Of a stretch of 64,000 nucleotides of DNA, positions 26,901 to 41,900 are shown in pieces. The first letter of the stretch is position 1. Every line of letters starts with the position of its first letter. A program made the translations under genes and the position numbers. The notes under the pieces are model-generated. The model saw nothing but the letters and a program-made list of their open reading frames with translations. It was not told where the DNA came from and made no database searches. Source of the stretch: Balanoglossus misakiensis (taxonomy: Eukaryota > Animalia > Hemichordata); NCBI GenBank assembly GCA_040954595.2, contig CM082580.2, positions 13,504,242-13,568,241 on the forward strand. The letters run 5' to 3'.

Positions 26901-29900
26901 GAGACAGGAGGAAGCAAAAAACCAAGCTACATAAGAAAGCCATCCTCTCTTCATGTAAACTGGTTTCCTGAATTCCGAACATCAGATTATTTCAAACAAC
27001 CCTCTATAAATTTAACCTCTCCAGCTTCTTCTTTTGTTTGTTTTGTTATTCATTATTTTGGATAGCATTTTTCTATTTTCAACATCTTTATTTTTTCTTT
27101 CATAATTATTGCAGAAATTGGGGGAAAAGTAAGATGCTTTGAAGTGCGGACAAAACCAAACGTATTGAACAACTCAGATCTAGATAACCATGGTGACCTC
27201 CAGAACATGTACTTTGAATAAAATAATTTAGGGAAGAGATCATTAAAAATTTACACTTTTATCAAGATAAAATGTACTATAACTCAAGTCAAGGCTGGTG
27301 ATGGTATACATTTGAAGCATTTTTGAATAAAACTAAATCAGAGGGAGGGAACAGAGAACAGCAGGAAAAAACAGTCTCTATGTTCAATTCCAAACACGTT
27401 CAGATGAAATCTGCTTTTCGAAAAACCTACCATTGAAGAAACAGCTGACGTCAGACAATTAATGTGCACATACGTGGCAACCTGAGTTAGTCTAGTATTT
27501 CTCTTTTCTCTCTCCGTTTCCCCCCGAGGACTTCCCCCCTTCAGCCTTCCAAAGCAATTCCAAATCGAGCACAATGTTAATGACATTTTGGTTTGTATTG
27601 TGAGGGCATCATTTTATTTATCTCCACAGTGGAGTAAAATAAACACACTTAGGCCCAGAGTCTCATGCACATTTACACAGTGGTGGGGACACAAAGCCCG
27701 TATTATCGTCCCCCACTTCAAAAAACGTCAGTCAATCTCCACACACACATGTACATGTATACTCTCTCACACACACTCACTCACTCACACATGCAACACA
27801 TTGAAGTCTGCGGTATCAAGGGACCTAGTCCAATTTAACTGCAATTTGTAAACCTGACGAACTCGCACAAACACCAGAAGCTCAGCTCTTTTTTTTTTCT
27901 TCTCAAGCCATTCAGAGACCAACATTCAAAGCACGGCGCAGTGCGCCAGGCAGCAAAAGGCCTCGACTGTCTGTGCAAATTGAAAGCTCACAAACAGAAA
28001 AATACTGAGCTTTTTTTTCAATTAAAAAGCTGGAGTGGTCAATATTTGTCTTCGTTGGTCTCTACGAAAAAAAAGTATCAACTTCCCGCGCTGCTATGTC
28101 TCCCCCTCCCCCCTCCCCAAAGTGTGTCAATAGACCTGAAGTGGGTAAAATGGACCAGCACTGACTCAAAAAAAGTCTGCTCTACACAATTTTTTTCCCC
28201 TTGCACTGCACCTTCAAATCCCTCGGTGGCCACTATGTTGGTTTTGCTAACCGCTTCTTAAATGATGGGGACTTTCAAGCCCGCCTTGTAAACAGCGGGG
28301 AAGCTAAGCCACAGAGTGTCAAATGACGGACAGATATTTGCCTTGTCTCTCATCACTTCAACCAGACCTTGTTGTATTTACCCACAACACCCTGGTAAGC
28401 CTACCAGATTGGCATTCGTCCCTCATCACCCAGATTCCAACTCTTTCTTCGTACTTTTGTGCAATTTCATAACAAAGTCACTTCAGACTGAGAGCATTTT
28501 TTTGTGCTTTGGCATTCTTATCTTCGAGTTGCATAGAATCAAACAAACAGAATGGTCAGATTTCAACTCTGACTGCTTCTGGAGAGGCTATTTCAGGAGT
28601 TGGGTCGGTACTTCACCCAGAGTAGATTGCACTGTGATGTTCGTGTTTTTTAAAGCTTAGTCTCTCGACAACAAAAACTCTAAAATCGAGTTGGGACAGG
28701 TGTGGGGTCCTACAAACACAAATCACCCAAATTCAACACTTTTGTCAAGCACTGAGATGTGTTTTTGAAATTGAGGATGCGGGAAGGTAGTACGCCCCAA
28801 AATTCTACTTTTACAGTTAAAAGCTGCAGTTTTAGCAGACAGCTATGTGCCGCCACCGCGCCACGTTGCAACGCCATGCTTGGCTTGGTAATATCAATAG
28901 AGACAAACACCACTGAGTTGCCACGGTATTGAGATTCCAGTCTCTTTGAAGACCGTGATAGGATCCAGCCTACAATTACACTACACAGCAGCAATGCAAC
29001 GCCACCCCATTTTCTAACGACACATCAAAAAAAAACGAGGGGGGGGGGGGGAGAGAAATGCGACAGGCATACTCAGGTAAAGTAGCGTGTCATTTGAACC
29101 ACCGCTAATGAGGATCTCCTAACGCTCGCTCCATTATCACCATCACACAAACTGAGAGACTTGCTTTCCACATAAAATCCACTAACTAAACCCGTCAAAT
29201 GACACGAATCTTCTCCCGTTGATCATTAAAATTCACATTCAAGAAGTCAGGCTTCTCGGCGTTTTTTTTATCAGAATCAATTAATCAATGTAAACATAAC
29301 ACAAATATTCGTCGAACAAAAGAGGAATGTATTGTAAGCTCTTTGCATTTCGACGGTTGGAATTTTAGGGGAAAAATGTCTTTACTTGTCAGATGAATGC
29401 CACGGATTCCAGAATTTCAACACAGCAAATGGTTGACATGTTTTGTAACAAACAAACCATGCAGGGTTTCGACTAACTATAGTTTCAACACATTTGAATA
29501 AAAACAATGAAACTTTCCCTTTTAAATACGGCTTCTTTCTAAAGACAAAAATCACAATTACTTGTACCCTACAGCTATGAAATTTATATGTGCAGATACA
29601 ATGCATTTGTGAAATTGAGAGAAAAATATGTTTTTAAAACTCGCAATAACATGCAAAAACAACAGGCATGGAATAATATGCTCCTAGAATGAATTTGTGA
29701 GATTGAACCAAATCCATTTGCTGCAACCCAGGAGTAAAGTCTTTTATGGAACCAAATTTTAATAGCAGAGTTAAACTGAGTGGGTGTGGCAGACACCTGT
29801 CAATCATTCGTCAAATCAGCCACAGACTTGCACATTAATGACAGCCATTTTTGCATTCAGAGAAAACGATTTATCATTTTACAAGCATGACATCAAAAGT

Positions 29901-32900
29901 AAATTCATGCATCACTTGGTTTGGTCTTTTTTCTCTGACAAGTGACCCTTTTAACTTTTATCTCAAGGTTCATAAAATGAGTTGATTTTTTTTTAAATTC
30001 TGAAACTGAAATGTCAGTCAGAGACAGAAAGTGATTTCTTCTCTGTTTTCATGACTGGGGAAGTGATGCAAAATGACCTCATCTACAACTTCACTTATCA
30101 CCCCTTTGTCTCTGCGTAATGGTCTAATCCTCACCACTGCAAGATACATGGGTTAAACCACAGTATAGGGGTGTAAGCCTGAAAATGTAAGTCACACTCA
30201 CTTCAGCCACATTAAACACAAATTTATTTATTTTCCCGAAAGACATATTTTTAATCTGGTGATGAAAGTTGCAGGAAACCTCTGACACTATTTTGCTCAG
30301 TTGAACGTTTGAACTTTGACATTTTACTCATCATTGCATGAAAAGATGAAATACAGCTGGGTGCAGGAGTTCTTTCATTGACCTCACTCGGGCATCTTTC
30401 AAGCAAAGTCGTATCACTAGTGAAAGAGCTGTGCAGAAACCCTCCACTACAAAAGAATTTTCTGAATCCAGGAATGTATTTAGAAACATCCAAACGCACT
30501 CGTACCAAGCCCCAGTTCAGACCAGGCCACAAAATATAAATGACATAAACTGTTCTCCCAATCATTTCAGTATTCTAAATGCATCCAGTTGCGTATCAGA
30601 TGGCACTGAGACACCATTGATTTCACATTGAATTTCAGATGGTGGTAGAAAGTGATACGGGTGGAAACTGAATGATGACAATTAACTCAATAAAATTTGA
30701 ATAGCAAGAGCACATCACACACGCATTATTCTGCTACCCTGTTTGTTGAAAAACAGTCAAAAATTGTCAGTGTCAACTTCTCCCTGCTGGGTGGATTATT
30801 ATAAAATATTCAGTAAAAAAAAAGCTTTTGTCATATTTCCAGCGTTATCAGTTGTCACTTTTTTGCTTCCCCCAAAATTATAACAATGCTTGAATGTCTG
30901 ATTTGAAGTGAAATGTCACTTACATCAGGGCGATGACTGGTTTAAAAGACAATGTTTCAAAAGAGAGAACACATGGGGATACGGTAGAGGTTAGAGAAAT
31001 CTCTAGGGGTGGGGAAGTCCACAATTCAGGGGGATATGAAAAAGCAGTGATCTCATAAGTCAGCTCAGAGACAGGACTTAGAATTGATTATTCTGCTGTG
31101 AGGTTGAGGGATGGGATTAGTGGGATTAAGAATTGCAGTTGACACTTTAAATAATGGTTCCCCCGGGGTGGGGTTCAACTGGGGGGGGGAGGGTATTAGG
31201 AATACAGAGGGGTTTTGCAAAGGGTACTAAATATTGATGTCCTGTGTTCCTCAAGGGTGATTGAACATTGGAAGTCACTAATCAGAACAGAGTGGATCAT
31301 ATGTGGAAGTCTATTGCACACAATCCGCATGACAGCAACCCCATAGACAGACAGACCGGCTGGCTGGCTGGCTCCGCAGAAAAAAAAGAAGAATTATTAA
31401 GGCTGCATTCACAAACACCTCTGGAGGGGGGGACGGGAGAATTCAATTTTTTTTACCGCTAATTTTCACATGCCCCCCTTCCGAACTGCCAATATTTTCA
31501 AATCCCCCCCTTCCGAACTGCCAAAATTTTGAAATCCCCCCCCCCCATTTTCTTTCACAGAGCAAAACACATCACCTATCTATCTTGTAAAAAGAAAAAC
31601 AGCGCTCCCATGAAAAGAATTTGAAACTGATGTTTCCCCTTATCAGTGGGTATTAAAACTGAACATTGTTTTTATTTTTTAAGTACATATATTTGTATTC
31701 TGTGTTGGGAGACATTGTAAACCGAGAATTGAAGGGGGTGGGTTTGGGAGGGGGTGTCCCCCTCCCATGTAAGAAAATTTTCTAAAATACAGAGCTCAAA
31801 CTTGCATTTTAATGAACCCGGCAAAAGCAAATTAACTCAACTACCGGTATGTTGGGGAGGACAAATTTAACCGTCGCCACTCAAAGTTATCATGGGGTGG
31901 GGCAAGTCCCCTGATCTGGGACACTAGATAAACCAGTCAATGATTGAAAGGTGTTGATGAATGGAGGGGGTGGGTGTGGGAGGGGGTGTCCCCCTCCCAC
32001 ATTAGAAAATTTTGTAAAATAAAGGGCGCGAAACTGCATTTTTGTGGACTCAAAATAAATATTTAGTCGTTAAAGTTTTCAAGTCCCCCCCTTTCAGTCC
32101 CTAAATTATTTCAAATCCCCCCCCTTACATACCCTCAATTTTTTCAAATCCCCCCCCTCAATTCTCCTGCCCCCCCCTCCAGAGGTGTTTGTGAATGCAG
32201 CCTAATGCGGTAAAATATTTGTTTTCAAGATAACTGGGGGAAAGTTGAATTATGGTGACATTTCTGGATCAGTAGTTTTACACAGCCTCTAAATTTAGAA
32301 GCTGTCACACCAGTTGGTTTCCCAGACTCCCAAGCCTCGATGGTATGCATTCTCCTTGAAAAAAACACACACAAAGTGGATGGGTGCTGCTTGCCATCTT
32401 TTTTACAGAATGAAAATACCATAATCACTGTTGGAGTCACAAACATTTTCTGAAGGTTCATTCCATTTACATTACCATCTGCCTGGATTCGTTTTATTTA
32501 AAATATTGTCCAGGCTTCATAATGAAACATTCTTCTCATCATTTTCATGATTTCAAACAAAACAATTTCTTCTCCTTTGAGTCACCTTGGAGTGGCATTT
32601 TCTAAACTAAAAACCTCGACGATTCTTCTATCTGAAGAAATTCTTCCTTTTTTTTTCACTCCGGCATAATTGGCTTGCATTGATTTTCTATACAGCCTAG
32701 TCTACACTCCTCATCGGCACGGCAACAAGCCACTGCCGTATATTACTAAGAAGATGGATAGCACAGTCAGCTATTTATACCCTATAAAGCAATTTTTTTC
32801 TCTTATAAATTGACTCTCCATCGATAATTTGCCAAGGGAAACCAGCTTGCTTAGGTGTAAAGCCTGACAAGACGAGGTCTTTGTGAAGCGATAATGGCAC

Positions 32901-35900
32901 CACAGTTCCCAGTAATTGTGTTTAAATTTCAACAAATGCACTTCAGTAATCTGACGTCCTGTCAAATGAAATTTTCCCCTTGCAGATTTCGCTCCCAAAA
33001 CAAAAAACTGCCAAAATCCTTCATAAGCGCAGGAGTTAATAAAATATCGGTAGGCATGGGCACCCCTATTTTCGTCCCAATTGGCAGGTACTTTATTGTA
33101 ATATTCCAACAGTAAGGAAATTGAAAATAAATGAAGCAAACTACTCGAAGGAAATGATTCGTAAAAACTTCAATCACAGACTACTTGTTGCTATGACGAC
33201 CACTCATTGAACGTTTAGAGGGTAGATGGTGTCACATTTTTTTGTGTTGATTTACGTTCAATTCTTTGTACCAGTGAAAGAAGCCACCATACAAAGATCT
33301 CAGCATTTCTATATTTCATAGAGCATTCTTCATATTGATTTACCGACTTGCACATTACCAGAAGACAGATGGGAAAATTTACACAGAGTTCACATATCAT
33401 TGGGCGGGAAAGATTTTTTCTAACAAGCTGATAGGTCATATTCACGCAGTGAAATTTATGATGAAAAATTAATGCTGTAAAAAATTGCCACACTCTCTTT
33501 TTTGTGAAGATTAATGCCATAGTCACCATCACGTTGAAAAATCGTCACGATTTGCATAAATACGCGTAATTCTGTATTTCTCGTAAATTTTACTCCCGGT
33601 GAATACATTGAGTAAATTTCATGGCACAAGGCAAACATATGTCATATTGCAATGTCTCTACAATAAAAGTCATGCAATGGGAGTCCATCTTCAGTGTCAA
33701 CTCTTGAAAGTATACCACTTACTTTTTGGCATGCGACACGACACTCATCATTGCGCGCTTCACCACAACAGCGCTGGCCGTACCAGCTTGTATCCTCGTA
33801 CCAAATATCTGAAACATAAAAAAAGAAAATCTGTTGAGTAAAATATCGGAAATAACAAGATAAACATTTGCCATGATCAACTCTGTTGAATAAGACGTAA
33901 AATCTCCACTTTTCAATACCTTTACTTTGGACGGCTTAACATAGGGGGCGCTCTTTATGACGCGTGGCGTAATTGAAAGTAATGCCAGCGACAGTGATTG
34001 ATGATGCTGAATCTCTTGTGGTCACAACGCTGCAGTCACTGCAGTCTCTTCTTTTGCTCGCACTTTATTTCGCAAACTGTAACTTTCAATATTACCCAAA
34101 TAATCGGGCATTAAAGTAATCGGGTTGTGCTAAAAATTATCCATCTACTGCTCGTAGAAGGTCTGTAAAAGCAAATAACGACAATCTAAAATAGCCAGTA
34201 AGTATGCAGCTTATGACAATGTAAATGCTCTAAAATTTGGATAGTAGTGATGATTACAACCGCACTAAATATTTGTCCTCTGCCATAAACTATAAAGCTT
34301 ATACAAGGGTGATATAACCTCTATCAACAAAGGGCCAGTAACTTCTAGGTGGGAGGAAAAAATGGCCGAATTTGATAGAGGGCATTAAACTTTGTAGCTA
34401 TCTAAAACGCAAAAGAGCATAAAATGATTAAGAGGTTGTGGAAGCCATAAGTGGATGGAGAAAGAAGGTTGTCTGTAGAGGCTGTTACTTGTGTTTGTTG
34501 AGTACACACAACAGTGACATGACTAATGATTGATATTGGCTTGGGTCAAAGGTTACCCAGTCAGCATTACGATTGTACTATCGGATATCTCCTTGCAAGG
34601 GTTTGCCGGACGGGGAAGGGGGGAAAGAACAGGTTCCACGGAGGAACAGTCGGACATTCCATGTTGCTCTCGCCCCGAAGATAAAAATCGGAAATCGGAC
34701 ACTCCTGGTTTATGTGAATATCGGTTTTTATATATTCAAGGGCGCATATTTGGAAAGTGATTTTTTTTCGCTGCAAGACAGCTATTGCATATAAACATAC
34801 AATGCAGAAGCAAAGATGGCACAGCCCTAATACACACACACAGACACACAGACCCATGACATGATACAAGACCTAAATACATTGGCATCTGTACCCAAAA
34901 AAAATTCAAGTCATCCCTAATATGCAGATTAACAGGGTCTGTTTGTAATTAATTTTCCTGTTCAGTTCTGAGAGAAGAACGCAGGCATGGAAACATTTAT
35001 CAAGCTTAGCCATCGCTCTGAGGGGACACGCAGCCTGGCAAGTCTCGCTGACAAATGGACATCTTGACCTTGAACTAATCTGTTCTTGTGAGCTACCCAT
35101 CTTTAATCACACAAACTCTACATCTTTAACGACAGGCAATTTAACTCCCAGCAAATTCTAAACAAATTAGGTGTCAGACTAGTCTGGCGCTTTTTTCACT
35201 TCATTTTTTTTTTGCTCTTCTAGAAAATGTAGATTTCCAGTTGGCCGATCTACATGACTTCAGTTTTCTACATTTCTTGTCTGAGTAAATTCAAACTGTC
35301 AGTTTCCCAGTCATGTGATCAGGCAGTTTCAGACACACAGACATCTAAATCACTGACTTGTCTCCTCCACCAACACACTATGATTTTTTTTTTCTCCTGA
35401 AAGGCATTTTTTCTCCCGAGTGTTATGATAGTTGTGATCCAAGTTTCACCTCGGATGACATTTCTTTCTCCTTCCCTTTCCCTGTCTGTTTTCCTTACCC
35501 CGTCACCAACTGTGCCACTAGGGTCCCAGGAGTGACAAAAACCAAACTGCCCGTATTTGCCTTGCACAACTTGGATCAACAAGAGAGGGAGAGAAAGAAA
35601 ACAACACAGACCAGACGACCCCCTTGCCCCCCCACTTGATGGCATTGCAGCATTAATCAATCTGAGAGCAGGACCAGTCTCCGCCGCGCCCTGGTGGAGA
35701 GTTTTCAAGACACACAAAAACACAGCCAGCATGCATATACACCACAGAGATCAGTTCAAGGCTGAGGGCACAATTCAAAACATGGGACAGGAATGGTGCT
35801 GTCTAGAGGCTGTGTTTCTGATGGCCAGGGACCGCAATAAATTATCCTCTAATAGCCTACTGGTGGTCTGAAGTGTAAAGAGACACCCATTTATCTTCTC

Positions 35901-38900
35901 AGGCCGAAAAAGCATTCCAACCTCGCCATAGTCGATATGTAAATAATCCAAAACACAGCACCTGTATTTCTGAGGTAGATTTATTGGACTAAAAGTCTCA
36001 TAATTCTTGTGTGACCTAAAATAAATGACTGGTTTAACATGCAGATAAGTGCCCCTATATATTGTGGTTCACAGTTGTTCATAATGGAGACTTTACCCTG
36101 ACCATCTTTGTTCCGCAGCCTTGGCAAGTTTTACTCCTAAGGCCAGTTCATACATACTATTACTAGAACTCCAAGTTCAATGTCGGGTTTACCTGTGGTC
36201 CAATCACGTGACCAATCCTACAGGATTTACGATCAAAAATTCCCGAAGTGTGTCGAGGACACAGGGGCTCATTTGCATGTGCCGCACGCCCCCTACTAGC
36301 AATTACCCAGAACCGCGGCTGAATTCAAATTCCGAACACGTGATGTTGAGGAGGTGGCTGAGAACTGCCGGAATAAAGACAAACTCATATTTTAGACAGC
36401 TTGGACAGTTTTCACCTCGAGCAAACAATAATACATCAACCCAGGTGCCACCATTGAGCTGCTCTCCGATAAATCGACGTGCCCATCATCAACGAAACCA
36501 CACTGACTGAAGGCTTTCACTGTGGGCAATTTTCAAAATCATTTTTGTGAATGCAATTACTGGAACGAGTCGAAAGCTCCTGCCTCACTCTCTCAGACGA
36601 GACAACTCCCCGTACAGATTAATAGGTTTTCATCTTGCCAACAGAATCAGGAAATTTAATTGTGTAAGACTAGCTGCAGCTGTAGTAGTCTTCGGCTATT
36701 TTTTTTTTTTTTTGCGGAAGGAATTTTCCCTTGAACTTCCTTAGCTCTTTAAATTCACACATCATAAATCTTCATAATGACTTAGCCTCTACAAAAACAA
36801 GCTTTCACACTTCAACAATCTTGAAAAACTTCAAACTTTCACACTCACTGTTGAGATGTTCATGGCTACAAGACCGTACTACTGTCCCCAGATCATACTG
36901 AGCTTACTATGTGCGAATTATTGAGCAATAACATTCAAATTGAGCTATTACGAAAAGACAGGGCATATGTACAATATATTGAATGCCATTACAATTTCAG
37001 GAGGTGATTTTCTGTGCAATGGCTGCAGTTCTACTCCATTCTCATACAAGTTACCCTGAATGCATTAACACACAATATATTGAGCATATTACTAGCCTAG
37101 TCCTAGTTGTATTTTGTCCGCTTTGCAAAGTGGACAAATTACGGCTAGGACAGTAGACTAAGATATTACCAAACCAAGCCAAGAATCATCCCTGAGACTC
37201 ACATTTCAGGAATTGGGGAAAAAAGTATGACAAAAAAAAACAGAGCCTGAAAGGAACACAATCTGAAGTGTGTGCATTATTCTATTGGTGAAAAATTCCG
37301 CCTTGTGTGCAAACACTCCAAATGTGAAATTGCTTGTGACAGAAGACGGATAAAGTATGAAGGTATCTTTAGAAGGATCAGGAAACCAGCATATTATCTC
37401 TGAAAACAGATTTGACAAGGCAGACTGGAAATTCTATGCAAGGAATAATTGCAAAAGGGATACTTAGCAGAAAATCTATCAGTGCTGCTATTTTTTTCCT
37501 CCCTTGGGAACGTCAGTCGAAAATGGGAATTTCGCTTCACAGATTACAACAGACCATTCATGTCACTTTGCTATCTAAGAAGGCAACAGAAAACTTGCAG
37601 TGCAACTTACAATCTTCAAAGAAATACCAAGCTTCCAAAATGAATAATGATCCATCTCGGTTTTATTTAAATGCGCGAAAGATGTTAACCAGAAAAAAAT
37701 TTGCACGTCTGATTACAGTTCAAATTTCACTGTCAATCTGCCCAAAACTTAACAATCAAATTTACCAACAATCTTCAAAGAACTTGAATACCAAGCTTCC
37801 AAATTGAACATCTATGAGTCTCAGTATTATTTAAATACACAAATCAAGTGGAACATCGCTAATTTTCGCACATCAAGTAAAAGCTTGAATTGCCCTTTTC
37901 ATTTTAGCCAAACTTGAAAATCAAATTCAGTGGATTAATTCTTGATTTCCTTTTCATTAAATCAACACATCACAAATTCAAGGAGTTAAAAAGAAACTCC
38001 TTCTGAAACATACAACTCCACGCGGTCATTATTACAGCATTTTTTATGGTTTGTTTGCGAGCAGATGTCAATGCGAAGGAGAACGACGGTGACTGCTGCT
38101 TGAATGTCGTCGACAGCTTGCAGTCACTCTTCACCTACCTGCGCGTGACAGCAGATAAAATTTTATCAGCCATAAGCTCGACTCGGTGATTTAGGAGCAG
38201 CCATTGGAAATGGGCGACCTGACTCCTGTTCAAAATTCCGGGCGAGTAGTTCACGTTCATGCCCAGAGAGCGAAGGAGAACATGATTACGAAAACACTAA
38301 GATACTATCATGTATGTACTACTGTAGTAAACTACCTGATATTGCCCATTACTGATATTATCAGATCAGGCGAAGGCCAGGGGAAGCAAAAAAAAAAAAA
38401 AAATACACGACACACTCACTTCGCTGGATTCTCAGAGAAGACGACGACATGCAGCCACTTTGCAAATTTGGGTCAAATTCCCCATTTACCATAAATCAAC
38501 GGGCATGTTGCTTGCATTTTATCAGCAGAGCTGAAGGAAAATAATTTAGAAATGGGAGGTGGCCATTTACATGCAATTTGTGGAAGTTTAATGATGTAGA
38601 AGGCCAAAAAAGAATGAGCTCTTATCCTTCACTGTGGGCCTAAGCATTTTTGTTTCCCTTGAACCACTGATTTTTTTGCTTTATTTTATTCCAGGCAAAA
38701 TTAAACTGAAATTGATTGTTTTTGCTGTGGGAAGGTGCATGGCTACAACAGAATGGTGTATACATGTACACACAAAAAACACTTCAAGAGATATTTAACA
38801 ACTCCAAATGATGTGAACGGACTGCCACTTCAGCGATGCAAAGCTGATGTAGTAATTAGCATCCACTTCATTTGTAACTCGCCAAAAACCATGTTCCCAA

Positions 38901-41900
38901 AATTCATACTGATGTAGAATCGCTGGTATGATTAAGAAACCCACAATGTCATCAGTAAATGCGGTTAGAATTTTGTTTTGTGTTTTGTAAGTCGCATGTT
39001 ACTGTCAGCGTTTAAACTGACTGCATTTCCTTTTGATCACATTGGATTTAGCAGAACTCACTGTCGGCTTTTTGTCCCTACAAGGCTTAACTGTAATCTG
39101 TGATCCTAGGAACAATATGCTGGAAACCAGACACGGAAAGGTAAAATAAAAAAAAATTATCCAAAAATACACAAAAAACCTCAAAACATCAGACTGTGTA
39201 GGTATGAGCCACAAGGCATTGGAAAGTGATAAATTTGCCCCAGAACTTGACACTTATTTCCAACAAAGGACGGCAGCCTGGCCGCGCCGTTGCCATGACA
39301 ATGTGTTACTACAGATTGAATGCCTTCAGGACACAGAAGTTCAATAATCTGATTGAAAAACCTTGAGTCTAGCGCTTTCCTCACACCTATCAGTCACACT
39401 GAGTTAGACGTTCGTTTCATCGCAAAACTCAAATATCGCCTCACTACCCCCCACCTAAACACGCTGTCAAACTCTTAATTACATTCCTTGCTATGCCAAG
39501 CCATGGAGGCCAATGTTATCTGATAAATTAATGCAATATTTTTTGCAAAGGGGGGTTCATATTAAGACAGCATTGTTTCCCACAGGTCGAGATTCAGTGA
39601 CTCTGAGAGTCGCACGAAAATGTGACTATTTTTAGCGCGGGCAACACAACAACTCGCTGGACAAACAAGCCACTCCACTATTGTGATGGCACAGTCTCTG
39701 TCAGCTCATTTTCATTCTAATTATGCATCATTGTGGCTTTTATGTAAGCGCTCTTTCTATCCTAAGGGCTTTATTTATTTTTTCACCCCTCTTTTCTATA
39801 ATTTTGTTTCGTTTATCGCATTTTGGGCTTGAACGTTTGCCGATCTAAACAAACGGCTGAATGGTCAAAAATAACCGATTTCAGGGGCGGATAGATCAGT
39901 ATAGTTAACACAAACGACTGAAGGATGATGCATGCAAGCTCTTCTCCCCCCACCCCCCCCCCCCCCTTACCCAATGATGTTTTCAGAAGCAGACAATAGC
40001 TTATCGAGGAAATTCTGGTACCAGAAACAGATGACAAGAGTACGAAACTCATATTTTGCTGCCTCCAGATCAATACTAAAAGCCAATTTTTCTCAATAAA
40101 TGACGCTGAACATTAAAAATATTCTGACACTCTGAGAATACAGGTCAAATGGTACGATCAATGATAAAGCTCTGATAAGAAGCGGGAAAAAATCGATAGC
40201 ACGTGAACACGAGCAGAAAAATCGCCTTGCATACTAATGTCGCTCCACTGAAGGCAGCCATAAAGTCATCTCAGGCATATTTTAAGAACTTCAACTGAGT
40301 ACGCATAAATCACACAGTACTCTGCTATTTAATAGTGCCAAAGAACATACATATAAATCATGCAATAATACTAAAAAACTGTAATTAAATATTCCACTGG
40401 TAATTTACTTTCCATACAAAATCCCATTTTTTGTGCCTATGCACAGCAGCTTGTCGTCATATCTATCTCAGCAACGTGTTTTTGTCATCTGATGCATCAC
40501 TGTCACTGAGTGAAATTATTATTAAATATTGATAAATTCCAGGCTGAAAATACTTTTTTTTCTATGTCAGTAAATTTGTTTTTCATTACATGCAGCCTAT
40601 AAACTATCATTCAGTATTTGTCAAAGTCAGATGTGACAATAACAAATGGTTAAGACAGACTTTGCAAGACACAGCTGCACGCAGAAGGCAATTCGGCCAA
40701 TATTGAACGATCCCGACAAGACACACAGACAGGAAGTGCCCATAATTGCCACAGCAAACAACCAATCAGATGCAGACGTCTAAGATAAAAAGAAATCAAC
40801 ACACATTTCGAATGAACGAACAGAGAGAATTGGTGACAGAGCCAGCTAAGTCTTATCAGTTGTTTAGGCGCTAGGATGTCACTGTCGGCAACTTCAATGG
40901 GGGCAGGTGTTTGTCGAAATATCGAGACAATCCTAAGCAGGTGTCCATTTGAAGTGTTGTTTAACTAGTTTCTTTGCTATCATCTAAACTACCAAACTAT
41001 TTGCCAGTCAAGTCAACTGTGCCGCCAATACTCAACCACTGATAACATGTCTATCTGCCTCCAATTTGGAGTACAATTGCGCTGACCTTTCAGAGTTTAA
41101 AAAAAAATCCACGCCTAATTCTGGAGGTCTGCTTTCATCTGCCTGTACAACTGTCATGTTTTTAATTCCCACTTAACGGAATTAAATGATATCATTTTAA
41201 TATTTCCGCCAAACCCTGGACCAACTGCAACCAAACGCGACATGTTTCCATATTCTGTCGGTGTGTTATCTGAAATTGTTTGCAATATGTGTAGGTGTAA
41301 TAAATAAGGCAAGAATATTTTGTCTATTCCATGGGAGCGGTGCATACCTGACCAACGTAATGACAAGTCGATATTACCGCAGCCCTAACAGCGTGTGTAA
41401 CGTTTCACCATTTTTTATGAGTTTAATGCCCCTAACCATACTCAATAAGTCTAACCAACAGTGGCAACCACATCTGTGATGATAAATTTCCACGGGAAAA
41501 AAAAAGGCCTGCAAATGTTGAAATATTTACGAGACCCCTGAGCCGAAAAACAGTGATTTCTTTCTTTGTAACAACAACATTTGAGGTTACGGCCGGGCCA
41601 TACTTGGTGACTTGGATTAAAACAGTGCAGATGTTTCTGACAGCGGTGTTTGGACGTTCTGGCAGTCGGCTGCACTGTATACAGTGCCGGCTCATTAATT
41701 ATGTTCTAGAAAGACAGACAAGCAGAGAGCTGTCCTGACCTTTAACCTCTAGCTCTGGGTTAACAGCTTTCAGACTGCCGCCTGTATCCAAGGAGCGATT
41801 TTCCCCGGGTAATGTATTCGCACATTGATACAATATCTATTATGCGCGGCGCTCAGGCAACGAATGTGGTGGGGGAGGGGGGGGGATTGAAACTGCTGTA

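Noticed and set aside
23238-33953. Recurrent gggggcgct motifs (also at about 7490 and 16960) as CTCF sites
   Set aside because: Only half of the CTCF consensus matches, which is too weak without a PWM scan or ChIP data.
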